A DNA stretch of 64,000 bases from an uncultured Christensenella sp. (GCA_910578245.1 CAJTPC010000003.1:5259-69258); one strand, 5' to 3'. Shown: positions 43,939 to 54,089, counted from the stretch's first letter. Made by a program: numbers and translations. Notes: generated from the sequence alone by a model not told the origin.

Positions 43939-45441
43939 ATGCCAGCCAAGACAACAAAAAAGACTTCAACTAGCAATGCAAAAGAAAAAATTACCAAGAC
44001 AAAAATAGATTTTGGTAAAAAGATATTGTTTGCTTCGTCTGAAGCGGTGCCGTTTATAAAGACGGGTGGACTCGCAGACGTCGCCGGGGCGCTTCCTAAA
44101 GCGTTGGTAGACGGCGGAGTAGATTGCAGGGTAATTTTGCCGTTATATGCGGATATAAAGCAAGAATTAAAAGATAATATGATTTATATCGGCAATGTTT
44201 ACGTTAATTTGGCTTGGCGCTATCAATACTGCGGTCTTTTCAAAGCCGAGATTGACGGGGTAACTTATTATCTGATTGACAATGAGTATTATTTCAAGAG
44301 AAGCGGACTTTACGGTTATTATGACGATGGGGAGCGATTTGCTTTCTTTGCCAAAGCCGTACTTGCAAGCATAAAACTTATGGGTGACTTCAAGCCGGAT
44401 ATAATACATTCTAACGACTGGCAGACTGCGTTGATACCCGTATTCCTCGACGTATTCTTTAGAGGCGATGATTTATATAAAGATATCAAGACCGTATTTA
44501 CAATTCACAACATAGAATTCCAAGGCAGATACAGCGGTTTTATGTCGGGCGACGTATTGGGACTTCCCGAATGGGCAAGAGAGTACGTTGACTTTGACGG
44601 CGACGTCAACTATATGAAGGGCGGTATCGAGAGAGCCAACAAGGTTACTACGGTTTCGCAGACTTACGCTCAAGAGATACTTAATTCTTATTTTGGCTTT
44701 GGTATGAACAACATTCTCGTCAATAGACAGTTCAAACTTTCCGGAATTATCAACGGAATAGACGTTGAGGCTAACGACCCGAAGACGGATAAGTATGCAT
44801 ACCGTAATTATGACCTTGCGACCTTTGAATTAAAGGCGGAAAACAAACTCGCTCTTCAAAAGGACTTGTCGCTTCCCGTCGATAAGAATATACCTATGAT
44901 AGGTATGGTCGGCAGACTGACGCACCAAAAGGGGCTGGATTTGCTTTCGCCTATAATTACGAAAATCCTCGATATGGGCGTACAACTTGTTGTACTCGGT
45001 ACGGGCGACTATAGATATGAAGAAATGTTGAGAGGCTGTCAGAGCAGATACCCCAACAACTTGCGCGCGCTCATAACTTTCTCATCGGAACTTGCCGGTA
45101 AGATTTATTGCGCAAGCGACATGTTCTTGATGCCTTCCAAGTTTGAGCCTTGCGGACTTTCGCAGATGATTGCTATGCGATACGGTTCTTTGCCTATCGT
45201 AAGAGAAACGGGCGGTCTAAAAGACACAGTTATTCCTTACGATTACACAACGGGCAAGGGTACCGGCTTTACTTTCTATTCATACAACGCTCACGATTTG
45301 TTCAACGCTGTAGAGAGAGCTGTGGGATTGTATAGAGATTACAAAGAAGATTGGCAAAAAATCGTAAACAACGCTATGACGCAAGATTTCAGTTGGAGAA
45401 ATATAGCTCTTCGCTACGTGGATTTGTACAAAGAGTTGTAA
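43939..45441 (+). CDS. glgA: glycogen synthase (ADP-glucose type)
   Basis: KILFASSEAVPFIKTGGLADVAGALPKAL. C-terminal EPCGLSQMIAMRYGSLPIVRETGGLKDTV. A K/T-rich N-terminal extension of about 27 aa follows a strong AAAGGAGG RBS. Confidence 0.9.
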   Translation: MPAKTTKKTSTSNAKEKITKTKIDFGKKILFASSEAVPFIKTGGLADVAGALPKALVDGGVDCRVILPLYADIKQELKDNMIYIGNVYVNLAWRYQYCGLFKAEIDGVTYYLIDNEYYFKRSGLYGYYDDGERFAFFAKAVLASIKLMGDFKPDIIHSNDWQTALIPVFLDVFFRGDDLYKDIKTVFTIHNIEFQGRYSGFMSGDVLGLPEWAREYVDFDGDVNYMKGGIERANKVTTVSQTYAQEILNSYFGFGMNNILVNRQFKLSGIINGIDVEANDPKTDKYAYRNYDLATFELKAENKLALQKDLSLPVDKNIPMIGMVGRLTHQKGLDLLSPIITKILDMGVQLVVLGTGDYRYEEMLRGCQSRYPNNLRALITFSSELAGKIYCASDMFLMPSKFEPCGLSQMIAMRYGSLPIVRETGGLKDTVIPYDYTTGKGTGFTFYSYNAHDLFNAVERAVGLYRDYKEDWQKIVNNAMTQDFSWRNIALRYVDLYKEL

Positions 45442-45634
45442 AAATTGTAAAAAAGTAGGTAAAAATTTATAAAATATTGATTTTATATAAAAAATATCTA
45501 TTTAAGCGTGAAAAATGTGGCACAAAAGTAAAACATATGATATAATTTTAGAGTAGTAAAATTGTTCAATCAGCGATTTATTCGTCGGATTGGACGATTT
45601 TGCCAATAATTATTACTTATTTTTGGAGAAAGTA

Positions 45635-48139
45635 ATGGAAAATCAAGTCAAAGAACTCAAAAAAATTGTATCTCTCAAGTGTCAGACTTATTTCGGCACT
45701 ACTATAGAGAACGCTAGCAAAAATCAAATTTACAGAGCAATCTGTATGACTGTCAGAGATATTCTTACCGATAAACGACTGGCATTCAAGAAAAAGAGAT
45801 TGGATCAAGGATCAAAGCAAGTTTACTATATGTCAATGGAATTTTTGCTTGGTCGTTCGCTCAAAAACCACCTTTACAATCTTAAGATGACGGACGTATT
45901 CGACAATTTGTGCAAAAGTCTCGGATACAGCATTGATGATATGTACGCAATCGAGCCTGACGCCGGGCTTGGCAACGGCGGTTTGGGCAGACTTGCCGCG
46001 GCGTATATGGAGTCTTTGACAAATCTCAATTACGTTGCAAGCGGTTTTTCAATCAGATACGATTACGGCATATTCAAACAAAAGATTGAGGACGGTTGGC
46101 AGGTAGAACTTCCCGATGAGTGGCTCGAAAACGGCGACGTATGGCTTTCGCCTAGAATGGAAGATACTTTTGAAGTCAAGTTTGGCGGTTACATCGATGA
46201 AAGATGGGACAACGGCAGACTCTATATTGACCAAAAGGACTGTTATACCGTTCAAGCTATACCTTACGATATGAACATAAGCGGTTACGATGTGCCTGCT
46301 GTAAATAAGTTGAGATTGTGGACGGCAAAAGCTCCCGTAGATTTCGATATGAAACTTTTTGCAGACGGCGAGTACGTAAAGTCTTTGGAGCAAAAGGCTT
46401 TGGCGGAGAGTATATGCAAGGTGTTGTATCCTGCGGACCATCACCAAGAAGGCAAGATGTTAAGACTTAAGCAACAATACTTCTTCGTATCCGCATCGAT
46501 TCAATCTATTTTGAAACAACACTTGAAGGATTACAAGACATTGGATAGCCTTCCCGATAAAGTGGCTATACACATCAACGATACGCACCCCACGCTTTGT
46601 ATTCCGGAGCTTATGAGATTGCTTCTCGACGAGTACGGTTATTCTTGGGACAAGGCTTGGAAGATTGTTACTCGCACCGTATCGTACACCAATCACACCG
46701 TTATGGCGGAAGCGCTTGAAAAATGGCCTGAGGGATTGTTCAAACAACTCTTGCCTAGAATTTATCAAATCGTGTGCGAAATCAACCGCAGATTTACCGA
46801 TGAACTTTGGGCGTTCTATCCCAACGACTACGGCAAGGTAGACTACAATGCGGTTTTGTCGGGCGGTCAAGTTAAGATGGCTAATCTTTGTTTAGCGGCT
46901 TCGCATACCGTCAACGGCGTATCCGAATTACACTCCAAAATTCTCAAAGAAGAGGTGTTTAGAGATTGCTACAATATGCATCCGAAGAATTTTACCAACG
47001 TTACCAACGGTATTACCTATAGAAGATGGCTTTGTCAATCCAATCCGCTACTCAGCGATTATATCCAAAAACTTATTGGCGACGGCTTCAAGAAAGACGC
47101 TGATAAATTAAAGGACCTTGCGAAGTTTGCGGACGATAAGGCTGTACTTGATAAGATTTTGGAAATCAAGAGAGCAAACAAGGTTAGACTTGCTAAGTAT
47201 ATCAAAGATACCGCGGGCATAGAGGTCAATCCCGATTCTATCTTCGATGTACAAGTCAAGAGATTGCACGAGTATAAAAGACAACTGCTCAATGCGCTTC
47301 ATATCCTAGACTTGTATTACAGACTTAAAGAAAATCCAAACCTTGATATCAACCCAAGGACGTTTATCTTTGGCGCAAAGGCAGCTCCAAGCTACTATAT
47401 GGCAAAGCAGATTATTCGTCTTATACATTCGCTTGGCAATCTTATCAACAACGATCCCGACATCAAAGGCAAAATCAAAGTCGTTTATATAGAGAATTAC
47501 AGAGTTACGCTTGCAGAACTTATTATGCCTGCGTCCGATGTATCGGAACAAATCTCTATTGCAGGTAAAGAAGCAAGCGGTACGGGTAATATGAAGTTTA
47601 TGATCAACGGCGCAGTGACTATGGGTACCATGGACGGCGCTAATATCGAGATTTACGAGAACGTAGGCAAGGACAATATCTTTATCTTCGGTTTGCTTGC
47701 AAATGAGATAAACGAACTTAACCGTAACGGTTACAATCCAAGAGATTATTACAATAATAATTCAAGAATAAGAGCCGTTATCGATGGCTTAAGAGGCGGT
47801 ATCGCCGGCGTCAACTACGGCGAGATTGCAGATTCGTTGATTAGTAGCGACGGCTATAAGGTACTAGCAGACTTCCAGTCTTATTGCGATTGCCAAGAGA
47901 GATTGGATAAGGCTTACAGCGACAAATATGCTTGGGCTAAGATGTCGCTTCTCAATACCGCTAACGCAGGCTTCTTCTCTTCGGATAGAAGCGTAAAAGA
48001 GTACGCAGATAGAATATGGAAGATGAAACCTGTCAATTATTCGTCGGTTGCGACGGCAGAAAAGCCTGTGGAAAAGACTGCAAAGAAATCTGCTACCGCG
48101 AAGACGACGGCAGGCAAAACTACCGCAAAGAAGCGATAA
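45635..48139 (+). CDS. glgP: glycogen/maltodextrin phosphorylase
   Basis: GLGNGGLGRLAA, and the pyridoxal-phosphate region EQISIAGKEASGTGNMKFMINGA. ATG 45635 follows GGAGAAAG; the ORF track starts at TTG 45590. Confidence 0.9.
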   Translation: MENQVKELKKIVSLKCQTYFGTTIENASKNQIYRAICMTVRDILTDKRLAFKKKRLDQGSKQVYYMSMEFLLGRSLKNHLYNLKMTDVFDNLCKSLGYSIDDMYAIEPDAGLGNGGLGRLAAAYMESLTNLNYVASGFSIRYDYGIFKQKIEDGWQVELPDEWLENGDVWLSPRMEDTFEVKFGGYIDERWDNGRLYIDQKDCYTVQAIPYDMNISGYDVPAVNKLRLWTAKAPVDFDMKLFADGEYVKSLEQKALAESICKVLYPADHHQEGKMLRLKQQYFFVSASIQSILKQHLKDYKTLDSLPDKVAIHINDTHPTLCIPELMRLLLDEYGYSWDKAWKIVTRTVSYTNHTVMAEALEKWPEGLFKQLLPRIYQIVCEINRRFTDELWAFYPNDYGKVDYNAVLSGGQVKMANLCLAASHTVNGVSELHSKILKEEVFRDCYNMHPKNFTNVTNGITYRRWLCQSNPLLSDYIQKLIGDGFKKDADKLKDLAKFADDKAVLDKILEIKRANKVRLAKYIKDTAGIEVNPDSIFDVQVKRLHEYKRQLLNALHILDLYYRLKENPNLDINPRTFIFGAKAAPSYYMAKQIIRLIHSLGNLINNDPDIKGKIKVVYIENYRVTLAELIMPASDVSEQISIAGKEASGTGNMKFMINGAVTMGTMDGANIEIYENVGKDNIFIFGLLANEINELNRNGYNPRDYYNNNSRIRAVIDGLRGGIAGVNYGEIADSLISSDGYKVLADFQSYCDCQERLDKAYSDKYAWAKMSLLNTANAGFFSSDRSVKEYADRIWKMKPVNYSSVATAEKPVEKTAKKSATAKTTAGKTTAKKR

Positions 48140-48283
48140 GATTTTCCCGCTTACGTTGAAAGAAGTCTATTAAGTCATTTCGACGTAACGAAAGAAGTCA
48201 ATCTAAAAGTTGAGAAAAATCAAATAAACGTAATAGCCTTGACTTATTTATAAGAACAAGGCTATTTACTTAAAGGACGCAAG

Positions 48284-50098
48284 TTGAGAGAATTAATATA
48301 TTTCGATAGCAGAAATCCAAATTGCAAATATCCGTTTGGAAGCGTAGAGCAAGACGAAGAGATGACCTTCAAAATCTTCGTCAAGGACGGCGTCTACGTA
48401 GACCGTATAGAACTGCATATTTACGAAGACGGAGCAGACGCGCCGTACGTTTTCCGTATGTCGTTTAATTGCAAGAGGGGCGATGAGAGCGAGTATATAG
48501 CAAAAATTTCTCTTAATAAAGTAGGGCTGTATTGGTATAGATTTCACTTTATTACCGAAAATGGCGAGTATCAATATCGAAAAGACGGAGATGATTTTCA
48601 GTTGACCGTATACGGAAAAAGTTATACCACTCCCGATTGGGTTAAGGGCGGAGTGATATACCATATCTTCGTCGATAGGTTTTGCAAGGGAAAAGACGAC
48701 AACGCTAAGTTTACAAAAAACGGCGTGTTGAAAGAGTGGGGCGAAGAGGTTACGATAAAGGACGACGACGGCGTATTCAGAGCCAACGACTTTTACGGCG
48801 GAAACTTTCAAGGCATAATAGACAAGTTGCCTTATCTTAAAAAACTCGGCGTAACGCTGTTATATCTATCTCCTATATTCAAGTCGTCTTCCAATCACAG
48901 ATACGATACGGGAGATTATGAGTTCGTAGACGAACTTTTAGGCGATGAGGATAAGTTTAGACAGCTTTTGCAAGAGGCTGAGCAGAGCGGTATCCGCATT
49001 ATGCTTGACGGCGTATTCAATCACACGGGAGCAGACAGCAAGTATTTTAATAAGTTCGGCAATTATCCTACGGTTGGCGCATATCAATCGAGAGACAGCA
49101 AGTATTTTGACTGGTTTGATTTCTATAATTTCCCAGATGAGTATCATTGTTGGTGGGGCATTACCGTCACTCCTACAATAAGTCAAAGAGCAAAAGGCTT
49201 TAGGAAGATGATTTGCGATAAGGGCGGAATTATAGACAAATGGACGTCGCTTGGCGTCAAAGGTTGGCGACTTGACGTAGTAGACGAGTTGAGAGAAGAC
49301 TTTGTCGAAGATATTCGCAAGGCAGTTAAGCGCAACGGCGAGGATAACTTATTGATAGGCGAAGTATGGGAAGACGCGTCGAATAAGATTGCTTATAGTT
49401 ATCGCAGACGTTATTTTCAAGGCAAAGAACTTGACGGCGTAATGAACTATCCTTTTAAGGAAGCTATGCTTAGTTATGCGCTAGGCGGTAAAGCGAGCGA
49501 CTTTGCAAATACCGTCATGACTATTGTGGAAAATTATCCAAAGCAGTCTTTGGACGTGACAATGAATCTTATAGACTCACATGATACGGCAAGGGCTTTG
49601 AGCGTGTTGAGCGGTGTGGATATGAGCGGAACCGACAAGGAATATCGCAAGAACTTCCGATTGAGTAAAGAGGGATACGACTTTGCCAAAAAGCGACTGA
49701 TTTTGGCGTCCACGTTGCAATTTATGCTGCCGGGCGTTCCGTCAATTTTCTATGGCGACGAGCAGGGTATGGAGGGCTATGAGGACCCGCTTTGCAGAAG
49801 ATGTCTTGATTGGGATAATATAGACAAGGAGTTGCTTGCTCATTATACCCAACTTGGCAAAATTAGAGCTAAATTCAAAAAGCAAGTTTGCTCAGAAACA
49901 TATTTTGAATATCAAGGAAATTTGCTTATACTGTGTCGCAGAGGCGGGGGGAAGACTTTGAAGGTTGTAGCCAACAATACTAACCAAACTCAGACTTTCT
50001 ATTGCCAAAAGGCTAAGCAAGAACTTTTGTCTGGGCAAAAGCTCAACTGCAATGAATTTGGCATTTCGGCGGGAGAAGTCAAAGTATTTTTATTTTAA
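48284..50098 (+). CDS. GH13 alpha-amylase-family hydrolase (neopullulanase/cyclomaltodextrinase-like)
   Basis: Conserved regions DGVFNHTG, GWRLDVVDE, GEVWED and LIDSHDT. No signal peptide. TTG start. Confidence 0.8.
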   Translation: MRELIYFDSRNPNCKYPFGSVEQDEEMTFKIFVKDGVYVDRIELHIYEDGADAPYVFRMSFNCKRGDESEYIAKISLNKVGLYWYRFHFITENGEYQYRKDGDDFQLTVYGKSYTTPDWVKGGVIYHIFVDRFCKGKDDNAKFTKNGVLKEWGEEVTIKDDDGVFRANDFYGGNFQGIIDKLPYLKKLGVTLLYLSPIFKSSSNHRYDTGDYEFVDELLGDEDKFRQLLQEAEQSGIRIMLDGVFNHTGADSKYFNKFGNYPTVGAYQSRDSKYFDWFDFYNFPDEYHCWWGITVTPTISQRAKGFRKMICDKGGIIDKWTSLGVKGWRLDVVDELREDFVEDIRKAVKRNGEDNLLIGEVWEDASNKIAYSYRRRYFQGKELDGVMNYPFKEAMLSYALGGKASDFANTVMTIVENYPKQSLDVTMNLIDSHDTARALSVLSGVDMSGTDKEYRKNFRLSKEGYDFAKKRLILASTLQFMLPGVPSIFYGDEQGMEGYEDPLCRRCLDWDNIDKELLAHYTQLGKIRAKFKKQVCSETYFEYQGNLLILCRRGGGKTLKVVANNTNQTQTFYCQKAKQELLSGQKLNCNEFGISAGEVKVFLF

Positions 50099-50215
50099 TC
50101 TCTTAAAATAAAAACAATACTCAAAATATTTGCCATAATGCTATATTTTTGATAAAATAATAAAGGTTTTTAATATAAAACACAATTTGATAAAATAAAG
50201 TTTTTGGAGGCTTTT

Positions 50216-51469
50216 ATGGAAAAGTTAGTAGGAGCATGTATGTTCGGACAGTCAGGCGGTCCGTCATCTGTTATCAACTCAAGCGCTGCCGGTGTATTTA
50301 CCGAAGCATTAAAACAAGATTGCATTACTGCCGTTTACGGCGCGGCTCACGGTATTAAAGGCGTACTTAATGAAGAGTTTTACGATATCAGCAAAGAGGA
50401 CGTAAAAGAGCTTATGTTGCTCAAAAACACTCCTTCTTCCGCTCTCGGTAGCGTTAGATACAAACTCAAGGCAGAAAAGGTAGACGATACAGACTACAAG
50501 AGATTGCTTGAGGTATTCAAAAAGTATAATATCCGTTACTTCTTCTACAATGGCGGTAACGACTCTATGGATACTTGCAATAAGGTCAGCAAGTATATGA
50601 AAAAGTCAGGTTGGGAATGTCGCGTAATGGGCGTGCCTAAGACTATCGACAACGACCTCTTCGGCACCGACCACTGTCCCGGTTACGGCTCTGCCGCTAA
50701 GTACGTAGCTACTACGACTATGGAACTCAAATTGGACGCTACCGTTTACGACACTCCGATGATTACCGTAGTTGAGGCTATGGGTCGTCACGCAGGTTGG
50801 TTGACCGCAGCTTCTGCGCTTGCTTGCGCTAAGGGTCTTGGTCCTGACCTTATCTATTTGCCGGAAATTCCTTTCTCAACTGAAAAGTTCCTTGCAGACG
50901 TAGACAAGAAGATGAAAGAAAACAACGGTAAGTGTATGATTGTCATCTCCGAGGGTATCGCAGACGAAAACGGTACGCTTATTGCAGAGAAGATTAACGC
51001 AAACGTAGCAAAAGACTCTTTCGGTCACGCTCAACTGGGTGGCGTAGGCACCTCGCTTGCAAATCTTTGCAAAGACAAGTTTGGTTGCAAGACGAGAGCT
51101 ATAGAATTTTCGCTTATGCAAAGATGCGGAGCGCATCTTGCTTCCAAGGCGGACGTTGAAGAAGCGTTTAAGGCAGGCGCAGCCGCAGTTAAGTACGCTG
51201 TAAACGGTAAGACTGATAAGATGGTAATACTCAAGAGAGATATGAATAGCGGTAAGTATAAGTGCAAAGTCGGCGTTATGGACGTAGCAAAGGCCGCAAA
51301 TACCGAGAAGAAAGTTCCGCTTGAGTGGATAATCAACGACGGTACGATGCTTTCTCAAGACTTTATCGACTACGCTTTACCGCTTATCCAAGGCGATAGC
51401 AAAGCTCCGCTTGAAGACGGTCTTCCAAGATTTGCAAAACTCAAGAAAGTCTTCGTAGAAAAGAAGTAA
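50216..51469 (+). CDS. 6-phosphofructokinase, long (about 415 aa) type, possibly PPi-dependent
   Basis: GQSGGPSSVIN, YNGGNDSMD (where ATP-PFKs have GGDGS), PKTIDNDL, MGRHAGWL. ATG 50216 follows a GGAGG RBS. Confidence 0.8.
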   Translation: MEKLVGACMFGQSGGPSSVINSSAAGVFTEALKQDCITAVYGAAHGIKGVLNEEFYDISKEDVKELMLLKNTPSSALGSVRYKLKAEKVDDTDYKRLLEVFKKYNIRYFFYNGGNDSMDTCNKVSKYMKKSGWECRVMGVPKTIDNDLFGTDHCPGYGSAAKYVATTTMELKLDATVYDTPMITVVEAMGRHAGWLTAASALACAKGLGPDLIYLPEIPFSTEKFLADVDKKMKENNGKCMIVISEGIADENGTLIAEKINANVAKDSFGHAQLGGVGTSLANLCKDKFGCKTRAIEFSLMQRCGAHLASKADVEEAFKAGAAAVKYAVNGKTDKMVILKRDMNSGKYKCKVGVMDVAKAANTEKKVPLEWIINDGTMLSQDFIDYALPLIQGDSKAPLEDGLPRFAKLKKVFVEKK

Positions 51470-51679
51470 TAGAGTAAAAGTAATAAAGATAGGAGAGTCG
51501 AGAATATCGGCTCTCTTTTAATTGACAAGGTCGGAACTTGCGTCCCGACCCGTATTTTGGCTTTTGATTGAAGGATAAATTATGGCTTTTGCTTTTGTAC
51601 TTTTTTTATCTTTTGTATTACAGTACATTGTATGTTATTAATATTTAATTTGTACCTTATTTTAGATTTTATTTTCAAA

Positions 51680-52441
51680 TTATTTATTTTCTTGAGAGAG
51701 GGTATTTATGGCTTGTGATATTACCTCGGCGCAGTTGTTGACGAGAGTGTCTACATCGCGCGGAGTAAGCATATATCTGGAGTATTTATCCGAGTTATCG
51801 CCCATGATACTACCTACTGAAATAATCAAAGGTACGCCTATTGCTATTACGGGCGAGAGTAGAGAATCGCTATCAAGACAAGGCTGGGCGTTGTTCACAC
51901 CGCTCCCCGGACAAATACCTGCGCTAGTGAGTTGAAAGCATTTGCCAAGTCGAGTTATATAGTTGGTAGCAAGCGTATCTATTGCGATTATAAGATTGGG
52001 CTTGTGATACTCTGTTATAGCTTTGACTATGTCAAATGACTTTATACCAGTGATGTCTGCGACTTTAGGCGCGATTGCGCTAAGACAAAATTTTTTCCCG
52101 CCGGCGCGTATCCTTTTGACGACTTCATTGCCGAGCGCGTCTACAATGACATTTTCGTTGCCAAGTCCTACGATAAGTATTTTGCCTTCTTTTACGTCAA
52201 CTTGTCTTATAAGTTTTTTGATACCGGTATGGAGGACGTCGACGAGAGTGTCGTCCTCTACGCGCGCGGTTGGGGATACGGTCAAGTAATGTCCTGCCTT
52301 TCGTCCGGTTTTTCTGGAGGCGACTTTGTCTATCTCCACTTCGCTTACGTCTACGCCCTTTTGCTTATAGGCGTGAGATTTTATACCCAAATCCTGACTA
52401 GCTTCAATAATTGGGTAGTCGATATTGTCAAAATTATTCAT
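51680..52441 (-). CDS. gpr: GPR-type spore/germination endopeptidase-like protein
   Basis: ILIVGLGNENVIVDALGNEVV, AIAPKVADITGIKSFDIVKAI...LIIAIDTLA and TSAGICPGSGV...VIAIGVPLI parallel the GPR family. The start is set at ATG 52441 because the longer ORF runs across the rpsT promoter. Confidence 0.7.
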   Translation of the reverse strand: MNNFDNIDYPIIEASQDLGIKSHAYKQKGVDVSEVEIDKVASRKTGRKAGHYLTVSPTARVEDDTLVDVLHTGIKKLIRQVDVKEGKILIVGLGNENVIVDALGNEVVKRIRAGGKKFCLSAIAPKVADITGIKSFDIVKAITEYHKPNLIIAIDTLATNYITRLGKCFQLTSAGICPGSGVNNAQPCLDSDSLLSPVIAIGVPLIISVGSIMGDNSDKYSRYMLTPRDVDTLVNNCAEVISQAINTLSQENK

Positions 52442-52546
52442 ACGGCAATTATTGACAAAAGACAAAAGTCTTAGAATATTCCAATCGTTAAAAGACCGAA
52501 TAGTCCTAAAAAATGCCGTATTTTGAAAAATATGTGTTAAAATTTG

Positions 52547-52575
52547 TTGCATAAATAATTTTGTTATGCTAGAAT
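52547..52575 (+). promoter_or_regulatory. rpsT promoter (TTGCAT - 17 nt - TGcTAGAAT)
   Basis: TTGCAT at 52547-52552, a 17-nt spacer, an extended TG, and TAGAAT at 52570-52575. Confidence 0.6.
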
Positions 52576-52607
52576 ATGTTAGTAAAAATACGTAACGGAG
52601 GGAGAGT

Positions 52608-52877
52608 ATGCCAAATATTAAGTCCCAAAAAAAGAGAGTTGTAATTGCTCAAAGAGAAAACGAAATCAACACTTCTAAGCGTAGCAGAGTTCGCAATGCT
52701 ATTAAGAAGTATGAGACGGCTATTGCTAACAAGGACGTGGCTACGGCAGAAAAACTTTTGGTAGAGACAATTTCTTTGATTGACAGAGCCAAGAGCGACG
52801 GCATTTATCATGCCAACACTGCAAGCAGAAAGATTTCAAGACTTTCTAAGCAACTTGACGCATTAAAGAAAGCGTAA
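52608..52877 (+). CDS. rpsT: 30S ribosomal protein S20
   Basis: MPNIKSQKKRVVIAQRENEINTSKRSRVRNAIKK is the canonical S20 N-terminus. 89 aa. Confidence 0.95.
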   Translation: MPNIKSQKKRVVIAQRENEINTSKRSRVRNAIKKYETAIANKDVATAEKLLVETISLIDRAKSDGIYHANTASRKISRLSKQLDALKKA

Positions 52878-52894
52878 ATAAAGATTACTGATAG

Positions 52895-52930
52895 AAAGCG
52901 CGACTGTTGCAAAACAGTCGCGCTTTATTT
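52895..52930 (+). terminator. rho-independent terminator of rpsT
   Basis: Perfect 14-bp stem AAAGCGCGACTGTT / AACAGTCGCGCTTT with loop gcaa, followed by a T-rich tail. Confidence 0.85.
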
Positions 52931-53014
52931 AGTAATACCGCGCTGTAAGCAGGTCATCGTACATAGTATTTGTCATATCACTTGAATGATTTAATATATA
53001 TAAGAGAGGTATTT

Positions 53015-53551
53015 ATGAATATTTTAATTTTGACGGGAAGTCCTAGAAAAGGCAGTAATACCGATATGCTTGCAAAGGCTTTTGCCGACGGAGCAAGCAA
53101 ACGCCACAGCGTAGAGACAGTATCTGTGAATGATTATAAGGTCAATGCGTGTATTGGCTGTAATTCTTGTTTTACAAGAGAGGGCAACAAATGTTTTCAA
53201 AATGACCAAATGGCGGAGATATACGCAAAAATGGCAAATGCCGATATGCTTGTCATTGCTTCGCCCGTGTATTTTTACGGTATAAGCGCTCAACTTAAAA
53301 ACATAATCGACCGTTGTCACACGCCTATGCGAAAAGACTTTAATATAAAAAGCCTTGCGCTGTTGCTCGTCGCAGGCTCGTCCAAGCCTTGTGTATTTGA
53401 TGCAATAATCAAGCAATACGAACTCATATTAGATTATTTTCATTTTGAGGATAAGGGCAGAATACTTGTAGGCGGAGTAAACGATAGACAGTCGATAGCC
53501 GATAGAGAAGAACTTGAACAAGCGTATAATCTTGGCTTGGCGATTAAATAA
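53015..53551 (+). CDS. flavodoxin-like NAD(P)H-dependent FMN reductase / iron-sulfur flavoprotein family
   Basis: MNILILTGSPRKGSNTDML..., CIGCNSC and SPVYFYGISAQLKNIIDR. ATG 53015 follows AGAGAGG. Confidence 0.75.
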   Translation: MNILILTGSPRKGSNTDMLAKAFADGASKRHSVETVSVNDYKVNACIGCNSCFTREGNKCFQNDQMAEIYAKMANADMLVIASPVYFYGISAQLKNIIDRCHTPMRKDFNIKSLALLLVAGSSKPCVFDAIIKQYELILDYFHFEDKGRILVGGVNDRQSIADREELEQAYNLGLAIK

Positions 53552-53618
53552 TTATCGACGGCTAAAGGCGGTATGCGTTTATGTCAATTCGAGCGAAGTC
53601 GAGAAATATACTCGTTAC

Positions 53619-54089
53619 TCATTTGTGATAAGCGCTTCCTTCCTCTATCATAAAAGCGCGATATATTTGCTCGGAAAGCACAAGTCTTATTAGTTGGTGC
53701 GGGTACGTTATTGCTCCGAAGCAGAGCGAGAAGTCGCATTTATCCAATACTTGTTGCGACAAGCCGTACGACCCGCCGATTACAAAGGAGAGAGTAGACG
53801 TTCCGCTTTGTTTAAGCGCAGATATTTTTTGGCTCAACTCTTGGCTTGTCAGCATTTTGCCTTTGAGGTCGAGCGCGATAGCGTAGCCTTTTAGTTTGGC
53901 GATAATTCTTTCGCCTTCTGCAGTCTTGACGTTGTGAATATTCTTTTGCGACGTGTCTGGGAGAAGTTCTTCACTCACTTCTATTATTTCAAATTTGCAG
54001 AATCTAGACAGCCTTTTTGCGTATTCTTCTATGCCGTCTTTTAGATACTTTTCCTTTAATTTGCCAACGCAGACTATTCTTACGTTCAT
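53619..54089 (-). CDS. rlmH: 23S rRNA (pseudouridine1915-N3)-methyltransferase
   Basis: MNVRIVCVGKLKEKYLKDGIEEYAKRL... and a C-terminal SPOUT-knot region SFVIGGSYGL...ITYPHQL. 156 aa. Confidence 0.85.
   Translation of the reverse strand: MNVRIVCVGKLKEKYLKDGIEEYAKRLSRFCKFEIIEVSEELLPDTSQKNIHNVKTAEGERIIAKLKGYAIALDLKGKMLTSQELSQKISALKQSGTSTLSFVIGGSYGLSQQVLDKCDFSLCFGAITYPHQLIRLVLSEQIYRAFMIEEGSAYHK

Noticed and set aside
48140-48283. Repeated gaaagaagtc motifs and an imperfect hairpin after glgP; a possible regulatory RNA
   Set aside because: The short repeats are only 10 nt. The structure is most simply explained as a terminator region, together with the TAGCCTTG/CAAGGCTA hairpin at about 48234-48264. 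Nothing suggests a riboswitch or known RNA family.
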